A stretch of DNA of 50,999 bases from a bacterium (GTDB lineage Bacteria > UBP4 > UBA4092 > JAOAEQ01). Under the pieces are notes generated by a model. It was not told where the DNA came from. It saw only the letters and a program-made list of their open reading frames with translations, and searched no databases. The DNA lies in assembly GCA_041946755.1 (NCBI GenBank), contig JBHGBB010000003.1:1-50999 (forward strand). Direction: 5' to 3'. The first letter of the stretch is position 1. Every line of letters begins with the position of its first letter. Both the position numbers and the translations under genes were made by a program. Of this stretch, positions 7,342 through 16,378 are shown one piece after another.

Positions 7342-9474
7342 ATGCTCTTCGGTTCCCGTAAAGATAAATCTACTGAACTGGTTTGGAATGGCGATTCTGT
7401 TTTCACCTTCGATTTAGTCCCTGCCGATGATTTGTATACTCGCCTATCCGGTACCTTAAAAGTTGTGCCGCGATATATCGCTCGCGATATTCCGGGAATC
7501 ACCGGTATTAATCCTACCGAGCTTATTGGAAAACGGCTGGTTTTCATTGGCCGGTCAAGTTCTGGTAAAACCCGGGAAGCCATAGAACTCATCCGAAAAA
7601 TCAATAGTTGCCAACGACAGAATATCTATGTGCTACGAACCTGTTTAACGGTCCCGATCGAGTTTCCAGAAGGGTTACCTACCTCAAATCTCGTTATTCT
7701 GATTGATGACCTCCCGCGATTACCGAGTACCGCTGCTTCGGAATCTATCTCTGAATGGCGACAGAAACTGCCGCCATTAATCGACCGGCTCCGTTCAACC
7801 ATTGTCTGGTTTGAAAAACGGTCTTCAACTCCGATAACAGTCATAATAACTATCCGTGATGATGAATTTAAACCGTTAATCGATAAAGCAATCACCCGAT
7901 GGTTTAAAGACCATTTTCTCGAAATCAACCTGCCGAATTTAACCGAAACACAGAATGCTGAAGCGATGGATAACCTCTGTGATGCACTAGAAATCCCGAA
8001 AGTCGATGACCGGCTTCGTGCGCAATTTGCTCATGATGGCGATGGAACATTCGACCGGTATGCGCAATTTTTCTCCCGCCGATCACGCGGGGCAAAAATC
8101 GTTGATATGGATTATCAAGAGTTTACCCAGAATAAAGATATGTTCTGGCACTGGATTCATCTTCGGCTAAAGAACGAAGAGCGGGCAATATTCCGGGTTT
8201 TAAGCTTGTTCCGGTTTTATAATATCCCGGCGTTTAAGCCGCTGGTAGTTAATTGGAGCCTCAACCACATTCCAGAATGTAAAGGAATGAAACCGCAGCA
8301 ACTTGAATTAGTAGTCGATTGTCTTGCCCGGCAATATTTCAACCTCTGGGAGAACCGGATAAACTGTCATGATTCACGACTGAAATTTGAACCAGCACCT
8401 TTTGCCCGCGAATTGGAACCGATATCGCAGTTTATGATTCAATCCATCGCATCGGATAAATCTATTCGACCGATTCTATTAGGTGCATTAGTCGAACTCG
8501 GAGAAGCGGCTTATTTCCGGCATTTATATGATTTAGCGCAACAGATATTTACCACCATTTTAAAATATCATCCAAAACATCCGTTGGTTAATCTCGATTT
8601 GGCAATGGTCCACTGCGCGCTTGGAGCGCATCATAAGAAAAAATATCAGGCGGAATTGAAAACGGCAATCAATCTTTGTGAAACCGCATTAAATACCTAT
8701 ACAGAACAGCTTTTCCCTTATGAATACTCCCAAACCCAATATATCTTGTCGCTACTCTATACGGATTTGCCAAGTGGAAACAACGAAGAGAATTTACGGG
8801 TAGCGGTAGTCTGTTGCAAGAATGCGTTGCAATATTTCACGCGGAACGAATTCCCGGATAGATATGGCGCAATCCAAACCCAACTCGGGGTTATCCATCA
8901 GCAATTAACTCATCCAACCCGCGATGAAAATATCGCTTCGGCGATAGACTATTTTGGTGAAGCATTAAGTATTTTTACCCAGGGAATATTTTCAGAAGCA
9001 TTTGCCTTTTCATCGATGAAATTGGGTGAAGCATATTATGAACTCAAACTCGGGAATAAGCCGGATAATCTTAAATTTGCGATGGATAACTATTTCGCTG
9101 CATTATTAGTCGCTACCCGACAGGCATATCCATTAGACCATGTTCATTTGCAGGTACTACTTGGAAAAGCATATTTAGATCTACCGACCGGTGAGATTAA
9201 AGAAAATGTCGGGCAGGCGCTGGATTGTTTCCGGGAAGCATTGACGGTTTATGTTCCGACCGAACAATCTGGAGAATATGCCAATGCCCAGTATTTGATG
9301 GGAATCGGGTTTACCAAGCTTCCGGGCGATAAAGTCAGGAATCTGCAAGCGGCCATAGAATTTTTCAAGAACTCTTTGAAACTCTATACTAAAAGTACGT
9401 TTCCGACAGAACATCTTCTCGCTACCGGTGCACTCACCAGTGCTGAGATGGAATTAGAACGAATCAAACACTAA
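7342..9474 (+). CDS. P-loop NTPase (STAND-like) with C-terminal TPR-like repeats
   Basis: Walker A GRSSSGKT, Walker B VILIDD, ITIR sensor-like strand; about six ~45-aa helical repeats (AL..YT...FP..YA..Q..LG). Confidence 0.75.
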   Translation: MLFGSRKDKSTELVWNGDSVFTFDLVPADDLYTRLSGTLKVVPRYIARDIPGITGINPTELIGKRLVFIGRSSSGKTREAIELIRKINSCQRQNIYVLRTCLTVPIEFPEGLPTSNLVILIDDLPRLPSTAASESISEWRQKLPPLIDRLRSTIVWFEKRSSTPITVIITIRDDEFKPLIDKAITRWFKDHFLEINLPNLTETQNAEAMDNLCDALEIPKVDDRLRAQFAHDGDGTFDRYAQFFSRRSRGAKIVDMDYQEFTQNKDMFWHWIHLRLKNEERAIFRVLSLFRFYNIPAFKPLVVNWSLNHIPECKGMKPQQLELVVDCLARQYFNLWENRINCHDSRLKFEPAPFARELEPISQFMIQSIASDKSIRPILLGALVELGEAAYFRHLYDLAQQIFTTILKYHPKHPLVNLDLAMVHCALGAHHKKKYQAELKTAINLCETALNTYTEQLFPYEYSQTQYILSLLYTDLPSGNNEENLRVAVVCCKNALQYFTRNEFPDRYGAIQTQLGVIHQQLTHPTRDENIASAIDYFGEALSIFTQGIFSEAFAFSSMKLGEAYYELKLGNKPDNLKFAMDNYFAALLVATRQAYPLDHVHLQVLLGKAYLDLPTGEIKENVGQALDCFREALTVYVPTEQSGEYANAQYLMGIGFTKLPGDKVRNLQAAIEFFKNSLKLYTKSTFPTEHLLATGALTSAEMELERIKH

Positions 9475-10947
9475 CGCGATTAATCGTCTCCCTAATTCTC
9501 GCTCTCCAAGAGAAATCATTGCTTCTAATTCTGCTGCTTTCGGTTGGGCGATTTGAAATTGAAGATTAGGTTCTTTCCGTAGGTGTTCTCGAATCAGTTT
9601 ACTTTTTTTATTCAATTCCCATCGGGAAGCCATCGGCTCATTTTCAAATACTGTTCCTTTTTTCGGAATAAACGGTGTTATCGCAATAATCAGTTTCCCT
9701 GCTCGACCATACGGTTTACTCGCAACAAGGAGTGTATCCCGGAGTTTCTTCGATAAACTGATTAACGCTACAATATCCGCTTCGGTTTCATGCGGTAATC
9801 CAATCATAAAATAGAGCTTGATATTAAGCAAACCTATCGATACCGACCGCTCTACCAGATTGAGCAATGCGGATTCCGTTATCGGTTTTCCGATATAGTT
9901 ACGGAGCGATTCACTTCCGGCTTCCGGAGCGAAAGTAACGGTTTTCTGTCCACTTTGTTTTAAGAGCTGTAATAAACTATCCGGCGCTTTATCGGCACGA
10001 AGTGACGCAAATGATACTGCTATCTTTTTATCGAGCATTTCAGCACAAAATTCTTTTATTTGCGGGTAATCGGCAATCGCAGTAGCGACTATTCCAATTC
10101 GGGGGTAAGTCTTCCCATCGGTAAACTGCCGTGACTGCTCGATTTGGGTTCGGAGATGTTCAAGAGACCGATACCGTACCGGAGCATAAAAACAACCGGC
10201 TAAACAGAATCGGCAGCGATAGGGGCAACCGCGACCCAGTTCGATCAGAAACATATTTTTAAATTCGGTATTCGGCGTTAATATCTGGGAAACGGTTGGA
10301 TATCGGTTCAGGTCGGCTACCTGCAGTCGAGGAAGATGTTCCGCAGAATCCATAATATTGGGAACATAGATCCCCGATACCTGACTCAATTGATGTAAAA
10401 TACCGGTTTTCTTTCCCGGTACCCGTGGTATATCATTGCTGCGGAGCCAGGAGTCAAGAAGCAGTTCGATAAGTTCTTCGGCTTCGCCAAGAACCACCGC
10501 ATCGAGAATATCAGCTAACGGTTCCGGGTTGGCGGAAATCGCAATTCCACCAGCGATAATTAAGGGATATTGTTCCCCCCGTTCTTTTTGCAATAATGGG
10601 ATTTGCGCCCGATGGAATAATCGGATTAAATTCAGATAATCCAGTTCAAACGATAATGAACAGGCAATAATATCGAACTCCGCCAATCGTTTACCCGATT
10701 CCAGAGAACAGGGCATCCCGGATTCGGATTGATCATAAAAGAACCGCTCGCAAACGAGTTCATCGCGAGCATTAAATAATCGGTATAAGGTATGTATTGC
10801 GAGATTCGACATTCCGACCGAATAAATGTTTGGATAAACTAAGGCGATGGTTAATCTGCCGATATGGGATTTCCGAATCGTACCTTGTTCGTATTGCAGA
10901 AGATTATGCGATGTCTCGGGAGGAGTATCGAGTTTTCGTTTCGCCAT
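9454..10947 (-). CDS. Radical SAM protein with N-terminal B12-binding-like domain
   Basis: RGCPYRCRFC (CxxxCxxC), YPNIYSVGMSNL, FAPEAGSESLR, KLYFMIGLP, PFIPK. Confidence 0.9.
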   Translation of the reverse strand: MAKRKLDTPPETSHNLLQYEQGTIRKSHIGRLTIALVYPNIYSVGMSNLAIHTLYRLFNARDELVCERFFYDQSESGMPCSLESGKRLAEFDIIACSLSFELDYLNLIRLFHRAQIPLLQKERGEQYPLIIAGGIAISANPEPLADILDAVVLGEAEELIELLLDSWLRSNDIPRVPGKKTGILHQLSQVSGIYVPNIMDSAEHLPRLQVADLNRYPTVSQILTPNTEFKNMFLIELGRGCPYRCRFCLAGCFYAPVRYRSLEHLRTQIEQSRQFTDGKTYPRIGIVATAIADYPQIKEFCAEMLDKKIAVSFASLRADKAPDSLLQLLKQSGQKTVTFAPEAGSESLRNYIGKPITESALLNLVERSVSIGLLNIKLYFMIGLPHETEADIVALISLSKKLRDTLLVASKPYGRAGKLIIAITPFIPKKGTVFENEPMASRWELNKKSKLIREHLRKEPNLQFQIAQPKAAELEAMISLGERELGRRLIALVFDSF

Positions 10948-10994
10948 AGGGATAGATATTACTATTGGAATTTGAACCGGTCCGAGAGTAGCTA

Positions 10995-12791
10995 TTACCC
11001 GATTTCGATTATTAAGTCTTGGTTATTCGTTTCTTGATAAACTAGTTTTAAAAAAGATATCAGCCAGTTTTTACCCAACCGGGCAATTTCGGTTTCAAGA
11101 TAGGTTTTCGGAATAGTTATTTTCCCCTGATTATTCAGGTATGGATATAATCTCGATTCCGCATCGATCCGGGATAAAATATCCAGATTTGCTTCTTCGG
11201 CAAAATGCGCTCCGAGAGTATAGGTTCCGCCACCGTTCGTCGGTTTCTTCTTCGCCACCTGATTTGCTAGTAATTGGTATCGTTTCAAATCGAGTTTTGC
11301 AAATCGGGATGCAATTTCCGGCGCATAAGTCGGTTCCAATACCAAAGGGATGTTGAAAGCAACACTTAATTGCTGACATATCTCTTTGAGTTCAGAAAGA
11401 GTTTTTATTCCAAATCGGATTGCCGATTCTGATTGGTGTAATTGCTCGCCGGTAAATGCCTGTACCAATTCATTTAATCCGACAATACCTATCGCATAGA
11501 CGATTTGCGGAGTTACTGCTAATGCAAGATCGTTCCGTGCTTGATCGGCCAACCGGGCGCCATAAATCCGATTGACTATTTGCTGTTTCTGCCGATGCGC
11601 TCCTACAATCAAATCAAGCTGTGATTGTAATAGGCAAAATAGGTATGTTTCAGTTTTATTCTGGCTGACAAAATAAGCTATTCGCGGAAGATTAAGCGAG
11701 ATTTTATGGACCACAAATTCTGGAGTAGGAGTTTCGCCGCGATTTTTTACTATTCGAAGTTTTACATTGCTTTCTTTACATGTTTCGATGATATCTTCTA
11801 TTACCGATAAAGTTAATTCGGACTCGGAAACAACCCAGTTCTTTTCAATAGTTGAAATCGAATTCCAGGATTGGGAATGTTGGTTCTCGATTTTATCATT
11901 AATTCCACAATAATAGCGGAATAAATATCCTTGCCCAATCTTTTCAAGTCCATGGAGATAAATGGTTCCATCGGTATGGGCAGCAATCACCTCTTGTGAA
12001 AATACTTTTGCAAAAGCATATTGTTTTGATAGCGATTCTATTACAATCTTATCGATCGATTTCTCTGGTTTAGTTTCCGCAGCGAAGAGTAGCTGTTCGA
12101 AATCATAGAGTGGGATGCCCAGCCGGGTATGCAATCGTTGCTCCTTTTCAAATCCGGATTCTAGGAGTTTCGCATTTACCAGTTCTCGGATAAGACCGGC
12201 GGTAATAACTCGGAGTTTCGATTCGATAATCTGAATCTCTACCTCTTTACTAATTCGGGCGGCAGTTTCTGGATTAAGTTGGGTCTCCCGGACTAAGGCA
12301 TCGATAATCCGCTGCCGATTCCAGGCCATAATCTGGTCATCCGAAGTCCGAACTTGAAGAGACGAATCAATTTCAGGTTTCGGGCTTTTATCTTGCAACA
12401 TCTCGGCTTGGGTAGAACGGGGTTCGGTTTGATTTCGTTGTCGAACACGTTGCCGTTCTGCGCGATAGAGGATAAACGATTTAACCGTCCGGGCGTGCCC
12501 GTTTTCAATAAGAACTTTTTCAATCGCATCTTGGACTTGTTCAACGTTCAGAAGCCCATCTTGATATGTTCTCGCTAGATAGAGAATCACCAAATCAGCT
12601 AACGAATCTGCCAACTCGGAATCTTTTCCCCCTACCGACTGTGCCGCCGCGAAAATCGCATTAGTTATTTTAGTTTTATCGAAATCGACGATAGTACCAT
12701 CGCGTTTCTGAATCCGGCGAAACATCAGTTTCGGTTGGATCGACCGCCATGTTTCTTCTGGGAATAAAAAGTTATTATCTGGGTTTACCAT
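10995..12791 (-). CDS. NrdD-like (class III RNR-derived) protein with two ATP cones, lacking catalytic cysteines and glycyl-radical domain
   Basis: ATP cones (IQKRDG..FDKTKI; VRTSDD..WNRQRI), AH..G.I.LH, ISLNLPRIA, IGIVGLNELVQ, RFAKLD; no CCR/GCR finger loop, Zn ribbon or RxxGY motif. Confidence 0.8.
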   Translation of the reverse strand: MVNPDNNFLFPEETWRSIQPKLMFRRIQKRDGTIVDFDKTKITNAIFAAAQSVGGKDSELADSLADLVILYLARTYQDGLLNVEQVQDAIEKVLIENGHARTVKSFILYRAERQRVRQRNQTEPRSTQAEMLQDKSPKPEIDSSLQVRTSDDQIMAWNRQRIIDALVRETQLNPETAARISKEVEIQIIESKLRVITAGLIRELVNAKLLESGFEKEQRLHTRLGIPLYDFEQLLFAAETKPEKSIDKIVIESLSKQYAFAKVFSQEVIAAHTDGTIYLHGLEKIGQGYLFRYYCGINDKIENQHSQSWNSISTIEKNWVVSESELTLSVIEDIIETCKESNVKLRIVKNRGETPTPEFVVHKISLNLPRIAYFVSQNKTETYLFCLLQSQLDLIVGAHRQKQQIVNRIYGARLADQARNDLALAVTPQIVYAIGIVGLNELVQAFTGEQLHQSESAIRFGIKTLSELKEICQQLSVAFNIPLVLEPTYAPEIASRFAKLDLKRYQLLANQVAKKKPTNGGGTYTLGAHFAEEANLDILSRIDAESRLYPYLNNQGKITIPKTYLETEIARLGKNWLISFLKLVYQETNNQDLIIEIG

Positions 12792-12957
12792 AATTCTTTA
12801 TATCGATTATTGAGAAAGCTATTATAGCGGAATTCAGGTTCTCTGAGATAGCGCTATCGGAAGAATATCTTTTCGAGTTTCAATTCCGGTATTCAAGATG
12901 GTTATAGTGACGGAGAAGGTTTAACCACAGGGCTATTATTTAATCTATTTAATAAAC

Positions 12958-14013
12958 TTACCGTCTTTCTCTTTTACGTTTTTCAACAACAACCGATACT
13001 GAAGTTGTCGCCAATCCTGACGGAGTTATTAATCGCAGGATAACCGTTCTGCTTTTTCCTTCCATGGGGAGTGCTAGGATTCCAGAACATTTGAATTTAT
13101 TCGGCTCTGATAATTCATAGACTCGAAATGTGTGTAGCGGTTCCTGTAATTCCGGTGTTTCCTTCGAAAACAGTGGTGGTCTCAAAAGGGGGATTGTTTC
13201 TGGGATAACGGTCCCTAATTCAGGTCGATTATCTTTAACAACGGTAATAGCCAGGTCCGTTTCTGCAATCGGGGTATTATCATTCCAAATCGCAATCATT
13301 TTTAACAGGTATGTTCCTACAGGTAATGGCCTTATCAGATATGCTACTTCTTGTCTATCTCCGGGATATAGTTCAAAATCAGGTTTAGGACTGAATCTGG
13401 AGGCTATATATGGGTCGCTATTCGGCATCGTTGGATTAACAAGTTTTAAAATATATTTTACTTGACCGTACCCTTGTGATTTCAACATCGTCTTCCCGAA
13501 ATTGCGAATTTCGAAAAAAATCAAGGTGTAATTATTGGCTGAGAATCGATCGGTTAATTTCGGGATGAATTTTTTTGAATAGGTACCGGATTTATTGGCT
13601 GGAACGGCACCGAGATAGTTGAAAATAACATCAATATCTTTCGGGAATGCAGAAGTAGTATATACCCATTTGGATAAATATGCCGGATTCTCGAATGCGG
13701 TGGCTTCAACTGCTGCTTGCCCGATTCCGGTTAACTCATATTGTATCTGTAAATTTTCTTTCGGGGACACCGATTTCGGTACATTAAATTGAACAGTAAT
13801 CTGGGCTGCGGTTAAGATAGCCGAATATATTTCTGATGGCATCGCTGGTGGCGGTGGAATTATCCATTTGCTTTTAGCCGGAGTAAATGGTGATGGTTTT
13901 TTAGGCGGTTTAGCTGGGATACTTGTTTCTTTAGCTACCGCAGTAGATATCTGGATGAGTATAACGCTAATAATTAAAAGAGCGGTAATTAGATTACGAT
14001 AACGGTACACCAT
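12958..14013 (-). CDS. Hypothetical exported protein
   Basis: Signal peptide (AVA|K), Pro-rich linker, beta-rich body; co-oriented behind dtd. Confidence 0.7.
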   Translation of the reverse strand: MVYRYRNLITALLIISVILIQISTAVAKETSIPAKPPKKPSPFTPAKSKWIIPPPPAMPSEIYSAILTAAQITVQFNVPKSVSPKENLQIQYELTGIGQAAVEATAFENPAYLSKWVYTTSAFPKDIDVIFNYLGAVPANKSGTYSKKFIPKLTDRFSANNYTLIFFEIRNFGKTMLKSQGYGQVKYILKLVNPTMPNSDPYIASRFSPKPDFELYPGDRQEVAYLIRPLPVGTYLLKMIAIWNDNTPIAETDLAITVVKDNRPELGTVIPETIPLLRPPLFSKETPELQEPLHTFRVYELSEPNKFKCSGILALPMEGKSRTVILRLITPSGLATTSVSVVVEKRKRERR

Positions 14014-14035
14014 ATCTTATTGGCAAGCTACTCTT

Positions 14036-14488
14036 TTATTTTCTCTGTGTGCTGCTGTCGAGCACAAAGGTTACTGGGCCATCATTTACCAATTCGACCT
14101 GCATCGACGCGGCAAATTCACCGGTTTGCACTTTAATCTGCTGTGCTTTAAATGAACTGATTAGTTGGTCGATCAATTTAATCGCCAAGTCGGGAGAAGC
14201 AGCTTCGGTAAAACTTGGTCGTCTGCCGCTATAGATATCCGCGCATAAGGTGAATTGCGAGACCAGCAACAGTTCCCCTTGAATATCCTTTAGCGACAGA
14301 TTCATTTTCCCGGCTGGATCGGAGAAAATCCTTAATTCCGGTATCTTTTTCGCTAAATATGCGGCATCGGTTTCGGTATCGGATTTATGGGCGCCGACCA
14401 ATACCAATAATCCTTGCCCGATTTGCGAAATGATTTTATCCGATACGCTTACTTGCGCTCGTTTAACTCGTTGGATTACTGCAACCAT
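14036..14488 (-). CDS. dtd: D-aminoacyl-tRNA deacylase
   Basis: MVAVIQRV start, SQFTL, GRRPSF, NDGPVT motifs. Confidence 0.97.
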   Translation of the reverse strand: MVAVIQRVKRAQVSVSDKIISQIGQGLLVLVGAHKSDTETDAAYLAKKIPELRIFSDPAGKMNLSLKDIQGELLLVSQFTLCADIYSGRRPSFTEAASPDLAIKLIDQLISSFKAQQIKVQTGEFAASMQVELVNDGPVTFVLDSSTQRK

Positions 14489-14492
14489 GGTA

Positions 14493-14590
14493 AAGGCAGT
14501 CCGAAGTCTAAAGTCCGAAGTCCGAAGTAACATAAGGAAACATCAAGATTTCAGACTTAGGACTAAAGCCTTAGGACTTAGGACTGTTTT
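14493..14590. repeat. AAGTCCG/CTTAGGA-family heptamer hairpin
   Basis: aaggcagtccgaagtctaaagtccgaagtccgaag ... gacttaggactaaagccttaggacttaggactg; overlaps the DUF1844 stop codon. Confidence 0.85.
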
Positions 14591-14921
14591 TTTTGTTTGA
14601 TGTTTCTACATACAGCATGCGAAGGTTGAACAGCAGTTCTTGGAACCCTTTTTCTTCTTCTGGAGCTAGATTCCCCTTGGTTTTCTCTTTCAGCATTTCG
14701 AGTAGATCGATATTAAACTTCGCTAAGAGCAAATCCGATTCGGTTTTATTGGTTAACGGATTCGGGATGACTCCTAACGACTGCATCGCCTGCGCGCCAA
14801 GGAGAAATGATAACTGCAGAAAACTGGCTTCCGGCATCACCCGGTCTTTCTCTTCCGGTTCGGTAGATTTTGTTTCTGGTTCTACTGGTTTTTGCGTTTC
14901 TTCTTTTTTATCTTCGTTCAT
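14571..14921 (-). CDS. DUF1844-like protein
   Basis: LG.IPNP, AKFNIDLLEMLKEKTKGNL..EE, LRMLYV. Confidence 0.85.
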   Translation of the reverse strand: MNEDKKEETQKPVEPETKSTEPEEKDRVMPEASFLQLSFLLGAQAMQSLGVIPNPLTNKTESDLLLAKFNIDLLEMLKEKTKGNLAPEEEKGFQELLFNLRMLYVETSNKKNSPKS

Positions 14922-14925
14922 AAAT

Positions 14926-14963
14926 AAGGCAGTCTGAAGTCCGAAGCCCTAAGTCCGAAGTTA
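14926..14963. repeat. AAGTCCG-family repeat arm
   Basis: aaggcagtctgaagtccgaagccctaagtccgaagt. Confidence 0.75.
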
Positions 14964-15164
14964 TGGAATAGGGTATCCGACTCTAGACCGATAGTATTAC
15001 TCTATGTAATCTGGTGAAAATGCGTGTAATCATTTTTAAAAATTATGCCAGATATTGCGGATTTATGCTAGCAAAGCTAACTATAAAGGAATTATTAAGT
15101 TATACAGGTTTAGGATAAGGTTGTTTTTGACAACATAAAAACGGGATGATTCATAGAGATGAAA

Positions 15165-15827
15165 CTATTCCAATGAACCGACTGCAATATAAAGAGTAGT
15201 TGAATTATTAATTTCTGCAAGTCTCGAATCGGGTTCTAATACAGTTATTCTAACGCTGATATCTTTGAGATATTTCCCCTGTAACGGTATTTCGAATTCA
15301 TAGAGTGATATTTTATCAAATGTCGCTAAATCGTTTCTTTGATACCGAGCATGTTTTATTGATGTTGCTACATCATAAAAAAGTAGTTTATCTTTCCGGA
15401 AAAATTCTATTTTAAGCTTTCCTTTATATTTATAACGTGATTCTATTCCATTCTGATCAACTAAAAAACCTAATTCATAGGGGTCAAGATAGCGTGGACT
15501 CAAATTATATGTTTTAGAGTAACCTTTTGTAGCAAACTCAAACTTGTCCTCTACAATAGGTTGATATAAATCATTGGGGGGCTTCACCATATGCACTAAC
15601 CAGTTCATCTCAAGCTCCATAGGGAAGAATCCTCTTATTCCTCTGAATACGAGTGCCCAAGCAATAAGCAATATCAGTGCACATATTACAGCTTTTATTA
15701 CTATATGTCGGATTTTTATAGACAGCGGTAAATCCTGCCATATAAAGATTAATCCTTTGATAAAGAAGAAAGCGCCAATGAAAGCGACAATACCAAAAGC
15801 AATAAGAATTAACATAGTCAATGTCAT
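15165..15827 (-). CDS. Hypothetical membrane-anchored protein, AT-rich
   Basis: Two N-terminal TM helices plus soluble beta domain; visibly more AT-rich than neighbours. Confidence 0.7.
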   Translation of the reverse strand: MTLTMLILIAFGIVAFIGAFFFIKGLIFIWQDLPLSIKIRHIVIKAVICALILLIAWALVFRGIRGFFPMELEMNWLVHMVKPPNDLYQPIVEDKFEFATKGYSKTYNLSPRYLDPYELGFLVDQNGIESRYKYKGKLKIEFFRKDKLLFYDVATSIKHARYQRNDLATFDKISLYEFEIPLQGKYLKDISVRITVLEPDSRLAEINNSTTLYIAVGSLE

Positions 15828-15912
15828 ATCTCAAGTTTATACCATAACTTAAACTCATTAGGCAATAAAAGCTACCATATCACTTGACGCCGGATAGCAT
15901 CGGTTTGTTATA

Positions 15913-15921
15913 TGGTATAAT
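15913..15921 (+). promoter_or_regulatory. Extended -10 element upstream of hyp operon
   Basis: TGGTATAAT about 80 nt upstream of hypA. Confidence 0.4.
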
Positions 15922-15964
15922 TTAATATAACTTGAGTGATAATATTATTCTCCTAAGTTTATGC

Positions 15965-15998
15965 TTAAGACTTAGGACTTCGGACTTCGGACTGCCTT
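15965..15998. repeat. AAGTCCG-family repeat arm (inverted relative to 14926-14963)
   Basis: taagacttaggacttcggacttcggactgcctt, ending 4 nt before hypA ATG. Confidence 0.75.
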
Positions 15999-16002
15999 TC
16001 TT

Positions 16003-16245
16003 ATGCATGAATATGGAATAGCAGAAAACATTTTAAAAACCGCGTTAGCGGAAGCGGCGAAACATCAGGCGAAAAAGATTGTTACCATTTATGTTCGGCT
16101 CGGTCAGATGAATTTCCTGAAACCGGAAGTTTTGCAAAGTGCATTCGAGATTGTCGCTAAAGATACCATAGCAGCTTCGGCTAAGACGGTCGTTGAAGAA
16201 GTTCCGGGTACCGAAATCAGAATTACCAACCTCGATATCGATTAA
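16003..16245 (+). CDS. hypA: Hydrogenase nickel metallochaperone HypA, lacking the zinc-finger domain
   Basis: MHE Ni-binding N-terminus, I.VRLG, AF.IVAKDT.A, G.EIRI..LDID; 80 aa with no Cys. Confidence 0.85.
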   Translation: MHEYGIAENILKTALAEAAKHQAKKIVTIYVRLGQMNFLKPEVLQSAFEIVAKDTIAASAKTVVEEVPGTEIRITNLDID

Positions 16246-16370
16246 CCGCCAACCGCAAGAAACTGAAGGAAGAGGGATGACCGCTTCGCTAGGATGAGGG
16301 ATGAATCTTTTACCTCCTTCTTCCCTCCTCCCTCCCCCCTCAGTTTTTCGTTTTTGAGTCTTAGCGGCTA
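16242..16370. repeat. Nested inverted-repeat hairpin between hypA and hypF
   Basis: Outer ttaaccgc../..agcggcta, inner gaaggaagagggatga../..ctccttcttccctcctccctc. Confidence 0.7.
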
Positions 16371-16378
16371 GTTTTTTT

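Noticed and set aside
9454-10947. Radical SAM gene as the NrdG activase
   Set aside because: 497 aa with a B12-binding-like N-terminus; lacks NrdG size and motifs, and the neighbour has no glycyl-radical site
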